Positions 19,237-29,203 of a stretch of 31,243 nt of DNA are shown piece by piece. How positions within the stretch are numbered: the stretch's first letter is position 1; each line of letters starts with the position of its first letter. The stretch spans positions 1-31,243 of the forward strand of contig JBBSJT010000013.1 of the NCBI GenBank assembly GCA_038257035.1, given 5' to 3'. This DNA is from Chlamydiia bacterium. Lineage in GTDB: Bacteria; Chlamydiota; Chlamydiia; Chlamydiales; Parachlamydiaceae. The translations under genes and the position numbers were made by a program. The notes under the pieces were generated by a model, which did not search any database, was not told the DNA's origin, and saw only the letters and a list, made by a program, of their open reading frames with translations.

Positions 19237-19698
19237 ATGTTAAAATTCATAATTGGATCACTTGGCACAATGATGCTAGCGACTATTTCACTTTTTTCTG
19301 AAATTTCTTTGGGAGAAACACTCGAGACACAAATGTGGGAAGATATGAAGCATGCGAACTACAAAGCTATTGAAGAGAAAATTGCAAATGAGTTCCAGTC
19401 CGTTCACACCTTTGGTACATTGACCCGCGATGCAGAGATAGAACTCATAAAAAAATTGTATCTTGGAAACTATGAAATCAGCGATTTAAAAACCACAGAA
19501 AACCAAGATACAATTGTTGTCACCTATCTTATTTCTGTAAGGGAAAAAATCGACAACCATCAGCTTTCTGAAAAGCCTGCACCCCGTATGAGTGTGTGGA
19601 AAAAAAATAATGACAAATGGCAATGGATTGCTCATGCAAACCTTAAGGTGATCCCGGCGAATCAGATAAAATCAAACCTACCGGTGCCCAAGAAATAA
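19237..19698 (+). CDS. NTF2-like / DUF4440 exported protein
   Basis: Signal peptide from the ATG at 19237; F.SV..G, IVVTY, RMSVWKK...WQWIAH. Confidence 0.8.
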   Translation: MLKFIIGSLGTMMLATISLFSEISLGETLETQMWEDMKHANYKAIEEKIANEFQSVHTFGTLTRDAEIELIKKLYLGNYEISDLKTTENQDTIVVTYLISVREKIDNHQLSEKPAPRMSVWKKNNDKWQWIAHANLKVIPANQIKSNLPVPKK

Positions 19699-19721
19699 GA
19701 CTCATAGTTAACTCTTCGATG

Positions 19722-19773
19722 CTTTTTAAAGGATATGCACCGCCACTTCGTGGTCATGCATATCCTAAAAAAG
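19722..19773. terminator. Long stem-loop after the DUF4440 gene
   Basis: AGGATATGCA-CCG-CCAC-TTC-GTGG-TCA-TGCATATCCT, flanked by CTTTTT and AAAAAAG. Confidence 0.6.
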
Positions 19774-19825
19774 TTACAGACCAAAAGTAATCTTATAGCT
19801 TTCGTCAAACGAGAAAAATAATATT

Positions 19826-20299
19826 ATGAAATCATCAGAAAAAAAAACTAAACTTGAAGTACTTCTAGCATTTTGGGAAAAACTTGCGAATGTAAAGCAA
19901 CTTAACTTTAATGCAAACTCCAACGCTAACAGTGAATGGAATGGCAAAGGAGAAGTCATCTCTACAAGCAGCAGTAGGGATGTATTAATATTTAATGAAA
20001 AAGGGACTTGGGCCTGTAAGCCGGGGGTAGATGTGGAGTTCAGTAATGTATTTCGCTGGACTCTTGACCGAGATGCTCAAATGATTTCTCTAGAACACCT
20101 ACGCTATGGATCCCTTAATCCGGTTTTTCTTTTTCACCTTACACCTTCTGGCAACCACTCCTTATCATCTGTTGACCCACATCTTTGTTGTAAAGACTCT
20201 TATTTTGGACAAATTCATTTTAACAGTCATACCATTCAATTCAATTGGAAAGTGATCGGTCCTAGAAAGAATGAAGAACTCTATTACTGCTACTCTTAA
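19826..20299 (+). CDS. DUF6314-like protein
   Basis: G.GEV, F.EKGTW, NVFRW, F...FHL, HLCCKDSY.G, WKVIGPRKNE pattern. Confidence 0.75.
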   Translation: MKSSEKKTKLEVLLAFWEKLANVKQLNFNANSNANSEWNGKGEVISTSSSRDVLIFNEKGTWACKPGVDVEFSNVFRWTLDRDAQMISLEHLRYGSLNPVFLFHLTPSGNHSLSSVDPHLCCKDSYFGQIHFNSHTIQFNWKVIGPRKNEELYYCYS

Positions 20300-20336
20300 A
20301 AGTATGTTCAATTTGCTTTTTTGACTTAATGTAATT

Positions 20337-20418
20337 TATGGTAATGAAATTTAATTCTTAAACTAGAGGCAAAATTTAAAGCTATTACCTATCAAATTAA
20401 ATGACATGATGGACTTGG
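20337..20418 (-). repeat. Half copy of the type B palindromic element
   Basis: TATGGTAATGAAATTTAATTCTTAAACTAGAGGCAAAAT...TATTACCTATCAAATTAAATGACATGATGGACTTGG closely matches the reverse complement of 878-959. Confidence 0.88.
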
Positions 20419-20621
20419 CCTATTTGCTCCGGTTCTTCTGTAATGATTGACGAAAAAAATCGGAATCATTGGTTATCAATGATTTGAATGTTTAATTTTT
20501 TTTTATTGCTAAAATTTATTTTAAAATATACAAATAGATTTCCCTTCAGGGTTCAAACAAAAAAACGGTTGAACAGATTTTTTTTTTATTTAGTTGTGTA
20601 AACCTAAAAGATAAGGTAACC

Positions 20622-22568
20622 ATGAGATATTCTCGTACTTTAAGTTTATTTATTTCTCTTTCACTAAGTAACTTTTGCCTGCAGGCTGTTACTGCAGAGT
20701 CAAAAACAAACGATTTTTCAAAGCTATCATTTGTAAAAAAAGATGATTATTCAGCTTTTCCCCTTCTTGACAGAACGATTATTATTTCAGATGAGTTTTC
20801 CGAAATCAATGTTTCAGACCATAAGTCAATGAAAACAGAACCCGTAAAAACAATTCTAAATGGTGGGTTATTATCGGTTGTTTGGGAAAATCAAGAAGAA
20901 ACTTTTCTGATTGTAGATTCCTTCGAATACGATTCAAAAATGAGATCAGAACAAAACTTTGATGAAGCTCTAAAAGATAATCTCAATATGATCGGAAGTT
21001 ATTCTTGTCATCATCGAAGCTGTTTAACCGGTCCTACAGGCCCAACAGGAAACACTGGTTTAACTGGATTTCCAGGTTCAAATGGCTTCGCAGGCACCTT
21101 CGGTAGTGCAGGTATTACCGGTGCTACAGGGGCAACAGGTTTAACCGGTTTAAATGGTGCAACAGGTAGAACGGGTGCAACAGGTGCAACGGGCGCAACA
21201 GGTGCAACGGGTGTCACGGGCCTTACAGGATTTCAAGGGGCAACCGGTAATACCGGTGTCACTGGTATTTTAGTTAATGGTGTAACAGGAGAAACAGGAC
21301 CCACCGGTATTAATGGTCCGGGGGTAATCGGTCAGACGGGCCCAACGGGTGCTACAGGTTTAACTGGCGCTGATGGACCGACAGGCGCAACAGGCGCAGC
21401 AATTAATGGACTTGTAGGGCCAACGGGTCCAACGGGTACCTCAGACGCCTGGTTACTCGAAGGTAATGCAGGAACAGTACCCGGAACAAACTTTCTTGGA
21501 ACCACCGATAATAACGCACTTCTTATTGCAACTAACAATAATACAACAGCCGGAACGCGGTTTGATGTTAACGGCCAAATCGAAACATTAGGAACAGGTA
21601 GAAGTGTATTTTTTGGCGAAGGAGCTGGGCTTAATACAGTTATTAATTCGGGAGTGGATAATACATTTGTAGGGTTTAATTCGGGCACAGCGAACACAAC
21701 AGGCGACTTTAACACCGCCGTCGGCTCTCAAACACTTCAAACAAATTCTACGGGTGTAGCAAATACAGCTCTTGGAGGTCAGACGCTATTATCTAATACT
21801 AATAGCAATAATACAGCTATCGGTACTCAGTCTCTTTTAAACAACAGCACCGGATTCAATAACACCGCCGTCGGATTTCAGCCACTTATAAACAATACAA
21901 CAAGTTTCCAAAATACTGCTATCGGATACCAGGCTCTTCAAACTAATGTTACTACGGGCACTAACAATACCGTCCTTGGGTTTCGTGCGGATGTATCGGC
22001 AGATGGTCTAACTAATGCTACGGCTATAGGTTATTTTGCTATCGTCGACGCATCAAATAAAGTTCACATTGGTGGACCCAATACATCCGCCATCGAGGGG
22101 CAAGTAGCCTATTCATTTCCTTCTGATAAACGTATTAAAAAGGATGTTGCAGAAAATGTACCCGGTTTATCATTCATTACCAAACTACGCCCTGTCACAT
22201 ACCATCTTGATACGGAACAAATGGCAATCATCATGAAGATTCCGGAAGATAGAAGATTATTCGATGCAGAAACTTCGCAGGCACAAATTTTGAAAACCGG
22301 ATTTATTGCGCAAGAAGTTGAGGCCGCTTCCAATAGAATCAACTATGATTTTGATGGCATTAACAAACCACGCGATGAAAACACTTACTACAGTTTAGCT
22401 TATTCAAGTTTTGTGGCCCCCCTGGTAAAAGCAATTCAAGAACAACAAGAGATGATTAATGCTTTAAAGATTACCCGCCAACAGCAGCAAGATGCCATTA
22501 ATGCATTAATGAATAGATTGGAGCAACAGCAAGAGATAATTAATGCATTAAACAATGTTGCCGGTTAA
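20622..22568 (+). CDS. Collagen-like / beta-helix fibre protein with C-terminal peptidase S74 chaperone (paralog 1)
   Basis: Signal peptide; GXT triplets at 21030-21440; [21 protein letters not shown] repeats; SDKRIK (22122) and GFIAQEV; Q-rich coiled coil. Confidence 0.92.
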   Translation: MRYSRTLSLFISLSLSNFCLQAVTAESKTNDFSKLSFVKKDDYSAFPLLDRTIIISDEFSEINVSDHKSMKTEPVKTILNGGLLSVVWENQEETFLIVDSFEYDSKMRSEQNFDEALKDNLNMIGSYSCHHRSCLTGPTGPTGNTGLTGFPGSNGFAGTFGSAGITGATGATGLTGLNGATGRTGATGATGATGATGVTGLTGFQGATGNTGVTGILVNGVTGETGPTGINGPGVIGQTGPTGATGLTGADGPTGATGAAINGLVGPTGPTGTSDAWLLEGNAGTVPGTNFLGTTDNNALLIATNNNTTAGTRFDVNGQIETLGTGRSVFFGEGAGLNTVINSGVDNTFVGFNSGTANTTGDFNTAVGSQTLQTNSTGVANTALGGQTLLSNTNSNNTAIGTQSLLNNSTGFNNTAVGFQPLINNTTSFQNTAIGYQALQTNVTTGTNNTVLGFRADVSADGLTNATAIGYFAIVDASNKVHIGGPNTSAIEGQVAYSFPSDKRIKKDVAENVPGLSFITKLRPVTYHLDTEQMAIIMKIPEDRRLFDAETSQAQILKTGFIAQEVEAASNRINYDFDGINKPRDENTYYSLAYSSFVAPLVKAIQEQQEMINALKITRQQQQDAINALMNRLEQQQEIINALNNVAG

Positions 22569-22586
22569 ATTCGGAAAAAAAGTTTA

Positions 22587-22622
22587 GAAAAGATTATGGC
22601 AGTTGGAACACCATAATTTTTC
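22587..22622 (+). terminator. Stem-loop / terminator after paralog 1
   Basis: GAAAAGATTATGG...CCATAATTTTTC. Confidence 0.55.
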
Positions 22623-22728
22623 ATTAGGCAATTAAACAGCCCTTATTTGGGGTTATAAAAAATTAAACCGAACAAATAATCAGGTCTAATTTTATAATTT
22701 GATTAGGTTGACATTAAGAAGGATGATT

Positions 22729-24678
22729 ATGCGATATTTTGATAGTTTAAGTCTATGTTCGTTTTTGTTGATTAGCGGGTTCTCTTTAAATCCAGTTTCC
22801 GGGGAATTAAAAAAAGTTGATTTTACATCTATTTCATCTTTTGAAAATGATGATTTTTCAGAATTCCCACTTTTGGACAGAACAATTATTATGTATGGGG
22901 AATCTTCAGATAAAATTGTCTATGATCCCAATAATGTAAAAAGTGAACCTATAAAAAAAGTTCTAAATAAAGGGCTTTTGTCTGTTGCCTTTGAAAACGA
23001 AGAGCAAACTTATCTGATTGTCGATTCCTATGAGTATGATTTAAACATGACGTCGAGGGATAATTTAGGCGAAGCTATTGAAAATAATCTAGACATTATA
23101 ACAAACTATTCATGCCGCCGACGGGTACAAGCACCCTGCATGACTGGCCCTACAGGACCAACAGGATCAACAGGACCAACAGGTACTGCTGGTCTGCCGG
23201 GCGTAACAGGAATAACCGGCACAACAGGTTTAAGAGGCCCAACAGGTGCTAGAGGTCCAACCGGTTTGACGGGTAATAATGGCTCTGCCGGCCTAGCCGG
23301 TATCACAGGCGTAACGGGCGTTCAAGGCGCTACAGGAACCACCGGTCTTACAGGAGCAGTGGGAGCTACAGGTCCTACAGCGATTGGGGCTGTTGGGGCA
23401 ACAGGAGGAGTTGGTCCTACGGGTATTGGAGGGTCAGGTGCGCTAGGTCCACAAGGAGCCGTAGGTGTTACTGGAGCAACCGGCTTAGTCGGTGCTACAG
23501 GCCCTACAGGCATTGCGACTAATGGTGCAACAGGTCCGACCGGGGCCAACTCTAGCTTAAACGCATGGTCGCTCTTCGGTAACGCAGGAACAAATCCGGG
23601 ACCAAACTTTGTCGGAACAACCGATAATGTTGCATTTCTTATTGCAACCAATAATAATACAACAGCAGGAACGCGTTTTACTGTTAACGGGTTAATTGAG
23701 CCCTTAAACACAGGAAGAAGTGTATTTTTAGGAGAGGGTGCTGGAATTTCCGATGTCATTAATTCCGGAGTCGATAATACATTTATAGGTTACCAATCAG
23801 GTACAGCCAACACAACAGGCGACTTTAACACCGCTGTCGGTTCACAATCACTTGCCACAAACACAACCGCAGTAGCAAATACTGCTGTAGGGTATGAAGC
23901 ACTATTCCTTAATAATGCTGATGGTAATACAGCAGTCGGTTACCAAGCTCTTAGAAACAACACTAGCGGCACTTTTAACACCGCCGCAGGATATCAGGCA
24001 CTTTTTAATAACGACTCAGGAGAACAAAATACGGCTTGCGGTGTACTGGCACTTTTTGATAATACAACGGGTAGCTTTAATACTGGCTTAGGGTATTCAG
24101 CGAATGTTTCATCTGGGAGCCTTGTGAATGCTACAGCTTTAGGTGCTATTGCAATTGTAAATGCAAGCAATAAAGTTCGTATAGGAAACACTTTAGTGAC
24201 CGTTGTCGAAGGTCAAGTCGCCTACACTTTCCCTTCAGATGGACGCATTAAAAAAGATGTAAGAAATAATGTACCGGGTCTATCTTTTATTATGAAATTA
24301 CGTCCGGTTACCTACCATCTCGATATGGATAAAGTGGCGGAATTGATGCAAACCCCCGAGAATCAACGATCAACAGTTGACGAAAGTTTTCAGGCTCAAA
24401 TATTGAAAACAGGTTTTATCGCCCAAGAAGTTGAAATTGCGGCCAATGAAATCAACTATGAGTTTGATGGAGTTATTAAGCCGGAAAGTGAATCTGGATA
24501 CTATGGATTATCTTACTCAAGTTTTGTGGTTCCCTTGGTTAAGGCTGTTCAAGAGCAACAAGAGATGCTTAACTCATTAAATGAGAGCGAACAACAACAA
24601 CTGGAGACCGTTAATTCACTGATAAACAGCGCACAAAAACTGCAATTGATAGTTAATGAATTAAAATTCGCTGGTTAA
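22729..24678 (+). CDS. Collagen-like / beta-helix fibre protein with S74 chaperone (paralog 2)
   Basis: AAGAAGGA RBS, ATG 22729 (MRYF); GXT triplets at 23146-23550; NTAVGYQAL repeats; SDGRIK (24235) and GFIAQEV. Confidence 0.92.
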   Translation: MRYFDSLSLCSFLLISGFSLNPVSGELKKVDFTSISSFENDDFSEFPLLDRTIIMYGESSDKIVYDPNNVKSEPIKKVLNKGLLSVAFENEEQTYLIVDSYEYDLNMTSRDNLGEAIENNLDIITNYSCRRRVQAPCMTGPTGPTGSTGPTGTAGLPGVTGITGTTGLRGPTGARGPTGLTGNNGSAGLAGITGVTGVQGATGTTGLTGAVGATGPTAIGAVGATGGVGPTGIGGSGALGPQGAVGVTGATGLVGATGPTGIATNGATGPTGANSSLNAWSLFGNAGTNPGPNFVGTTDNVAFLIATNNNTTAGTRFTVNGLIEPLNTGRSVFLGEGAGISDVINSGVDNTFIGYQSGTANTTGDFNTAVGSQSLATNTTAVANTAVGYEALFLNNADGNTAVGYQALRNNTSGTFNTAAGYQALFNNDSGEQNTACGVLALFDNTTGSFNTGLGYSANVSSGSLVNATALGAIAIVNASNKVRIGNTLVTVVEGQVAYTFPSDGRIKKDVRNNVPGLSFIMKLRPVTYHLDMDKVAELMQTPENQRSTVDESFQAQILKTGFIAQEVEIAANEINYEFDGVIKPESESGYYGLSYSSFVVPLVKAVQEQQEMLNSLNESEQQQLETVNSLINSAQKLQLIVNELKFAG

Positions 24679-24694
24679 TACTACAAACAGCTAA

Positions 24695-24743
24695 GTTCTA
24701 AGAAAAATTAGGTTGCTGAGACTTCATAATTTTTCTTTAGAAC
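24695..24743 (+). terminator. Stem-loop / terminator after paralog 2
   Basis: GTTCTA-AGAAAAATTA...TAATTTTTCT-TTAGAAC; homologous to the 22587 hairpin. Confidence 0.55.
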
Positions 24744-24845
24744 CAAAAAAACAGGCCCTCCGTGCGGGTTCTAAAAAAATTAAGCCAAAGAAACAATGAT
24801 GTCTAAATTTAAAAGTTAAATAAGTTGACATTAAGAAGGATGATT

Positions 24846-26813
24846 ATGCGATATTTTGATAGTTTAAGTTTATGTTCTTTTATAATAATTGGTGGTGTCT
24901 CTTTAAATCCACTTTTGGGAGAATCCAAAAAAAATGATGTTTCCATTATATCATCCCTTGAACGAAATGATTTTTCAAATCTTCCTTTGATGGACAGAAC
25001 CATCATTACTCTTGATGAATTTATCGATCACAACATTTCAGACCCAAAAAAAACCAAACAGGAACCAATTAAAACCCTTCTGAATAAAGGCCTTCTGTCA
25101 GTAGTTTTTGAGGATGAAGAACAAACTTATCTGATTGTCGATTCTTACGAATATGATTTAAATATACTTTGCGAATACGACAAGATTGAGGTATTAAAGA
25201 ATAATCTCGACATTATCGGTCATAACTCCTATCAACATCTATCTCAAAGGATGGGCGCAACCGGAGCCACTGGCGCAACGGGTCCGATGGGCCCTCAAGG
25301 CGCTCTTGGTTCAACAGGTGCTACAGGCGCTACTGGTGCTATAGGTCCTACAGGTCGTACTGGTGCTACGGGTGCAAGAGGGCCAACAGGTGCGACCGGA
25401 ATTGATGGACAAACAGGTGCAACAGGAATTACAGGTTTGACAGGCTTAAGAGGTGCAACGGGTGTTACTGGTGCTACAGGACAAACAGGAGCTTCCGTTA
25501 CCGGGGCTACGGGCCCAAGGGGTCCAACAGGAGCACAAGGTGGTAGTGGCATCGGTGTAACCGGTGTAACAGGTATTACAGGAGCTACAGGAATAACAGG
25601 AGCTACGGGTGCCCAGGGAGCTACTGCAATAGGAACTATTGGGCCAACAGGTCCAACAGGAAGCTCTGATAACTGGTTGACTACAGGAAACACCGGAACA
25701 AGCCCTGGGACAAACTTTATAGGGACTACAGATGCCAATGCGTTCCTTATAGCAACCAATAACAATACAACAGAGGGAACTCGTTTTACTTTAAAAGGAG
25801 CGATTGAACCCTTAGGATTTAACCAATCTGCCTTCTTGGGCGAAAGAGCTGGATTTAATGCTACCGGTTTAGGAAATAATACCCTTATTGGCTACGAATC
25901 GGGTTTGGGGATATCATCAACCTTTAACAATAACAACACAAGTGTCGGTTCACAGAGTCTCTCTTTGGGTCTATTTAACGAAAATGTTGTTTCTGTAGGG
26001 CACCTATCATTGTACAGGCATGGAAATAACGCATCCACCGGTGTTGGTTATCAGGCGGGTTTTAACATGATTAATCCATCTGGATTTTCTTCATCAACAA
26101 ACGTTGCTTTTGGATATCAAACTTTTGGTTTCAATCAATTTGTCAATAATAGCATTGCTTTTGGTTACCGTACACTTTCAAACATTAATGCCACTCTTGG
26201 AGCTAATGGAGAGGTTGACGGATTCGGTGCTACCGCAGATACTTCCGGGAATAACATTAGATATTGTAGCGCAATTGGTTATGGTGCTATTACCAATGCG
26301 ACCGGTAAAATTCGCATAGGGAATACTGCTGTTACTGTTATTGAAGGTCAAGTTGCCTATACAGTATCATCTGATGGTCGTTTTAAGACAGATATTGCAG
26401 AAACCGTTCCGGGCTTATCTTTTATATTAAAGTTGAAACCTGTGACTTATCATCTTGATATGGATCAAATGGCAGCCCTTATGCAAACACCCGACTCTTT
26501 AAGGATGCCTGAGGCAGAAAGCTTGCACGGTCAAATTTTGAAAACAGGTTTTATAGCGCAGGATGTTGAGCTTGCAGCAAATGAAATCAACTATGATTTT
26601 GATGGGATAAATAAGCCGCATGATGAAACAGGTTATTATACCTTAGCCTATGATAGCTTTGTAACTCCTTTAGTAAAAGCAGTCCAGGAACAGCAGGAGA
26701 CGATAGATCAGCTAAGCAAACAGACAGAGCAAAGACAAGAGATTATCAATATGTTAACAGATATGTTGCAACAGCAGCAATTAACGATTAACGCGTTAAA
26801 TAATTCTCTTTAA
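24846..26813 (+). CDS. Collagen-like / beta-helix fibre protein with S74 chaperone (paralog 3)
   Basis: Same RBS and start as paralog 2; GXT triplets at 25254-25667; diverged beta-helix; SDGRFK (26370) and GFIAQDV. Confidence 0.92.
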   Translation: MRYFDSLSLCSFIIIGGVSLNPLLGESKKNDVSIISSLERNDFSNLPLMDRTIITLDEFIDHNISDPKKTKQEPIKTLLNKGLLSVVFEDEEQTYLIVDSYEYDLNILCEYDKIEVLKNNLDIIGHNSYQHLSQRMGATGATGATGPMGPQGALGSTGATGATGAIGPTGRTGATGARGPTGATGIDGQTGATGITGLTGLRGATGVTGATGQTGASVTGATGPRGPTGAQGGSGIGVTGVTGITGATGITGATGAQGATAIGTIGPTGPTGSSDNWLTTGNTGTSPGTNFIGTTDANAFLIATNNNTTEGTRFTLKGAIEPLGFNQSAFLGERAGFNATGLGNNTLIGYESGLGISSTFNNNNTSVGSQSLSLGLFNENVVSVGHLSLYRHGNNASTGVGYQAGFNMINPSGFSSSTNVAFGYQTFGFNQFVNNSIAFGYRTLSNINATLGANGEVDGFGATADTSGNNIRYCSAIGYGAITNATGKIRIGNTAVTVIEGQVAYTVSSDGRFKTDIAETVPGLSFILKLKPVTYHLDMDQMAALMQTPDSLRMPEAESLHGQILKTGFIAQDVELAANEINYDFDGINKPHDETGYYTLAYDSFVTPLVKAVQEQQETIDQLSKQTEQRQEIINMLTDMLQQQQLTINALNNSL

Positions 26814-26827
26814 ATTCTATAGTCAGC

Positions 26828-26856
26828 ACCCCTGCTAAAACTTTAGCAGGGGTTTT
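26828..26856 (+). terminator. Rho-independent terminator
   Basis: ACCCCTGCTAAA-AC-TTTAGCAGGGGT-TTT. Confidence 0.85.
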
Positions 26857-26916
26857 CCAATGCCGTCTAAATGTCATAAGATTTAATTATTAAAAGATTT
26901 CTCCTTAAAAAAACAA

Positions 26917-27453
26917 TTAGAGAATTAATTTCAAAATAGAATTCACTCTTTCAGGAAGTGGTTTTGTTGAGATTTTAAGACATTCATATCCAAAACTGGC
27001 ATATATTTCTTCATGGATCTTTTCAAATGCTAATGACTCTTCATAGCTTATTTTTCGAACATTAGTAGGAGTACAAAATCCTAAATTTTCAATAAAGAAT
27101 ACTTGTTTTTGGTAGACCTTTGTATTTTCTATTCTTGCAATTTCTTCCAAAAGTGCAACTGAGGGGGTAAAGCCTAGATAAGTCATTAAAGCATATGTAC
27201 AAATGGGTGAACGATCATAGAATTGTAGATTTGATGAAGCATTTTCTACCTGTATTTGCCGTTGTTTTTGTAGACGTACGATATCGTCTATAAAATTAGG
27301 ATACTTCCATGGCTCTTCATTACCCAGTACTTGTTCATAAGCAATAATATCAGTCGCTGCTTCACTGACAATCAAATGTCCTTTCATTTCCAAAGTTCGT
27401 ATAATTGATGTTTTTCCGCAGCCGGGCGTACCTGTTAAAATATAACGTTTCAT
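26917..27453 (-). CDS. AAA_28 (NadR/Ttd14-like) P-loop NTPase
   Basis: ILTGTPGCGKTS, EAATDII, FYDRSP, R..S.EE....E....Y...GY. Confidence 0.9.
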   Translation of the reverse strand: MKRYILTGTPGCGKTSIIRTLEMKGHLIVSEAATDIIAYEQVLGNEEPWKYPNFIDDIVRLQKQRQIQVENASSNLQFYDRSPICTYALMTYLGFTPSVALLEEIARIENTKVYQKQVFFIENLGFCTPTNVRKISYEESLAFEKIHEEIYASFGYECLKISTKPLPERVNSILKLIL

Positions 27454-27810
27454 ATGTTATTCCTAGTCAGATCCAAATTCAAAAGGATATAAGTCATTTT
27501 CCCTATTTTTTATGTTATGTTTGTTGCTTTACAATTTCGTAATTGGCATGGCAAGTATTTGAAAATTTTACTACAAGAAATTTCTTTATCTATGACAATG
27601 AAGAGAGGGATTCCTGAACCAAGAATTACAGAGGTAAGGTTTTACATTTTTTTCTCTATGTTCTTCTTTTTGGAAAGAGTCTTAATTATATTGAAAAAAT
27701 AGGAATTTTTTTAACAATAATCCTGACGTCGTTAAATCTCACCAGAGATGAATTTCGTTCTAATGCTAATAGACAAAAGAAATGTATTTTGAAAAGATCC
27801 GGCGACAAAT

Positions 27811-27846
27811 AAAAAGAATCGCGAAGCCATGCTCGCGATTCTTTTT
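27811..27846. terminator. Bidirectional intrinsic terminator (serves the WGxxGxxG gene)
   Basis: AAAAAGAATCGCGA-AGCCATGC-TCGCGATTCTTTTT. Confidence 0.88.
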
Positions 27847-27855
27847 TAGCAAATA

Positions 27856-28116
27856 TTAACGGTTCACTGGTCGGTTTGTGTCGTTACGATCACGCTCGTC
27901 TCTACGATTTCTTGGTAAAAGACCAGCAAGCCCAGCCAAGCCGAGTAGACCGATCCAACCCCAATCTCTATCATGATCTCTGTCCGCCGATACGTTTGTA
28001 TCACGGTTTACAGTTGTTGTTGTAGCGGGTCTTGTATTGTCATAAGTTTGAGCACTGAGGGCACCAGCTGATAACATTGCGACCGACGCCAAAATACTTA
28101 AAGATAAAAATTTCAT
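27856..28116 (-). CDS. Small exported WGxxGxxG family protein
   Basis: Signal peptide (ALSA-Q), T/D/R-rich linker, DWGWIGLLGLAGLAGLL, then a basic tail. Confidence 0.9.
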   Translation of the reverse strand: MKFLSLSILASVAMLSAGALSAQTYDNTRPATTTTVNRDTNVSADRDHDRDWGWIGLLGLAGLAGLLPRNRRDERDRNDTNRPVNR

Positions 28117-28516
28117 ATTATTCCCCTTTGTTGGTTCATTTTTGAACTATATATTTTTTAGCGAAAATTTCAATTAAAATTTATCACGCCAATCCTAGTA
28201 AAATGAATAATTATCTGATTTACAACATGTTATAAATTTTAAAAAGAAGAATAGATGCTATTGTTGTTTTTATGCAATTCTGAACAACCTTTAATCTATT
28301 AACCCCTAATAAATGAAAGCTCGATTGATCGATGAGGAAATGTATCTAAAAAAAAGTGAGAGTTTACAAAGCTTGTCAAAATCTTTAATGTGAATAGCTT
28401 GAGCTAGATAGCTTTATGAGAGTTCAGAAGTGGGGGCAAAGCAACAATTTAAATTAGACGTCAAAAATCTACATTAAATATTTGTAAGCCATTTACTACA
28501 TTGTTAGAGAGTGACC

Positions 28517-28565
28517 AAAAGGATCAGGCAACCAGAACTTGAACAAAGGGGGCGACGGTTATGTG
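28517..28565 (-). mobile_element. Degenerate duplicate of the tRNA 3' half (att-site scar)
   Basis: AAAAGGATcaGGCAACCaGaACTTGAAC matches 29009-29036 at 24/28 positions; similarity continues through CGACGG-TTATG (anticodon loop). Confidence 0.75.
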
Positions 28566-28927
28566 CGCGACCACCTTTCATATTACCATTACCACACCCA
28601 TCAGCTATAGTTAAGATGATAACTAAAATCTACTGGAATGAGTTTTTTGCATTTACAAAATTAAATGTAAATATTTGTATAACACAGAAAAAAAACAAAC
28701 CGAAAGAATAAGAAGTGGAAAAATTAAGCAAGTAAGGCTCCTGATTTTTGAAGATTTACTATCTTGATACATACAAATAACTTTAGCCGCCAAAAACGAC
28801 ATTATATAGGCATAAGGGAAAAAAATAAGAAAAAACATTTTAAAAAACCTTTATAGGTAAGTTTTTATACATTGAGGACTTGTTTTTGGTTCAAGCTTGG
28901 ATGATGGTTGTAAAGATTGTTTTTCAA

Positions 28928-28946
28928 TGCACCGCCATTGCACCGC
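28928..28946. repeat. Tandem direct repeat resembling integrase arm-type sites
   Basis: TGCACCGC-CAT-TGCACCGC, about 70 bp downstream of the tRNA 3' end. Confidence 0.55.
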
Positions 28947-29015
28947 GAAGACATTTTTACTTAAAATATTTTATTTAATCAAGCTAAATGTGGTTCACAG
29001 ATGATGGAAAAAGGA

Positions 29016-29089
29016 TGGGGCAACCTGGACTTGAACCAGGGACCGACGGGTTATGAGTCCGTTGCTCTAACCGACTGAGCTATTGCCCC
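29016..29089 (-). tRNA. tRNA with CAT anticodon, probably tRNA-Ile2 (elongator Met not excluded); CCA not encoded
   Basis: GGGGCAATAGCTCAGTCGGTTAGAGCAACGGACTCATAACCCGTCGGTCCCTGGTTCAAGTCCAGGTTGCCCCA folds as a cloverleaf. Paired G1-C72 and the lack of three G-C pairs in the anticodon stem exclude fMet. Confidence 0.93.
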
Positions 29090-29102
29090 AATAAGAGACG
29101 TG

Positions 29103-29131
29103 ATCATAACATTTGTCGTTTTGAAAATCAA
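29103..29131 (-). promoter_or_regulatory. tRNA promoter
   Basis: Minus strand TTGATT-N17-TATGAT with an extended -10 TG. Confidence 0.75.
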
Positions 29132-29203
29132 GAACTCCATGAAACATAATCGTAAGTTTTAAGAAATCAATGACTTAAGTGGTGGGTTATGGTAATGTTA
29201 TCA

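Noticed and set aside
22699..22728. TTG starts at 22699 and 24825, and the TTGACA in the shared block as a -35 box
   Set aside because: The RBS position and alignment with paralog 1 (MRY) support ATG at 22729 and 24846. A -10 box at normal spacing would fall on the start codon and does not match consensus.
24750..24790. preQ1-I riboswitch (hairpin plus A-tract)
   Set aside because: Lacks the conserved loop and pseudoknot nucleotides, and the downstream genes are unrelated to queuosine.
21011..25765. Minus-strand PVAPV-repeat ORFs (21011-21217, 21332-21715, 23106-23306, 23322-23759, 25295-25765)
   Set aside because: Antisense shadows of the GXT collagen codons.
20622..26813. Prophage tail module
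   Set aside because: No terminase, capsid, baseplate, lysis or integrase genes in the window, and the proteins have signal peptides.
28511..28838. Short ORFs 28511-28711 (+) and 28653-28838 (-)
   Set aside because: No recognisable motifs; the first overlaps the degenerate tRNA fragment.
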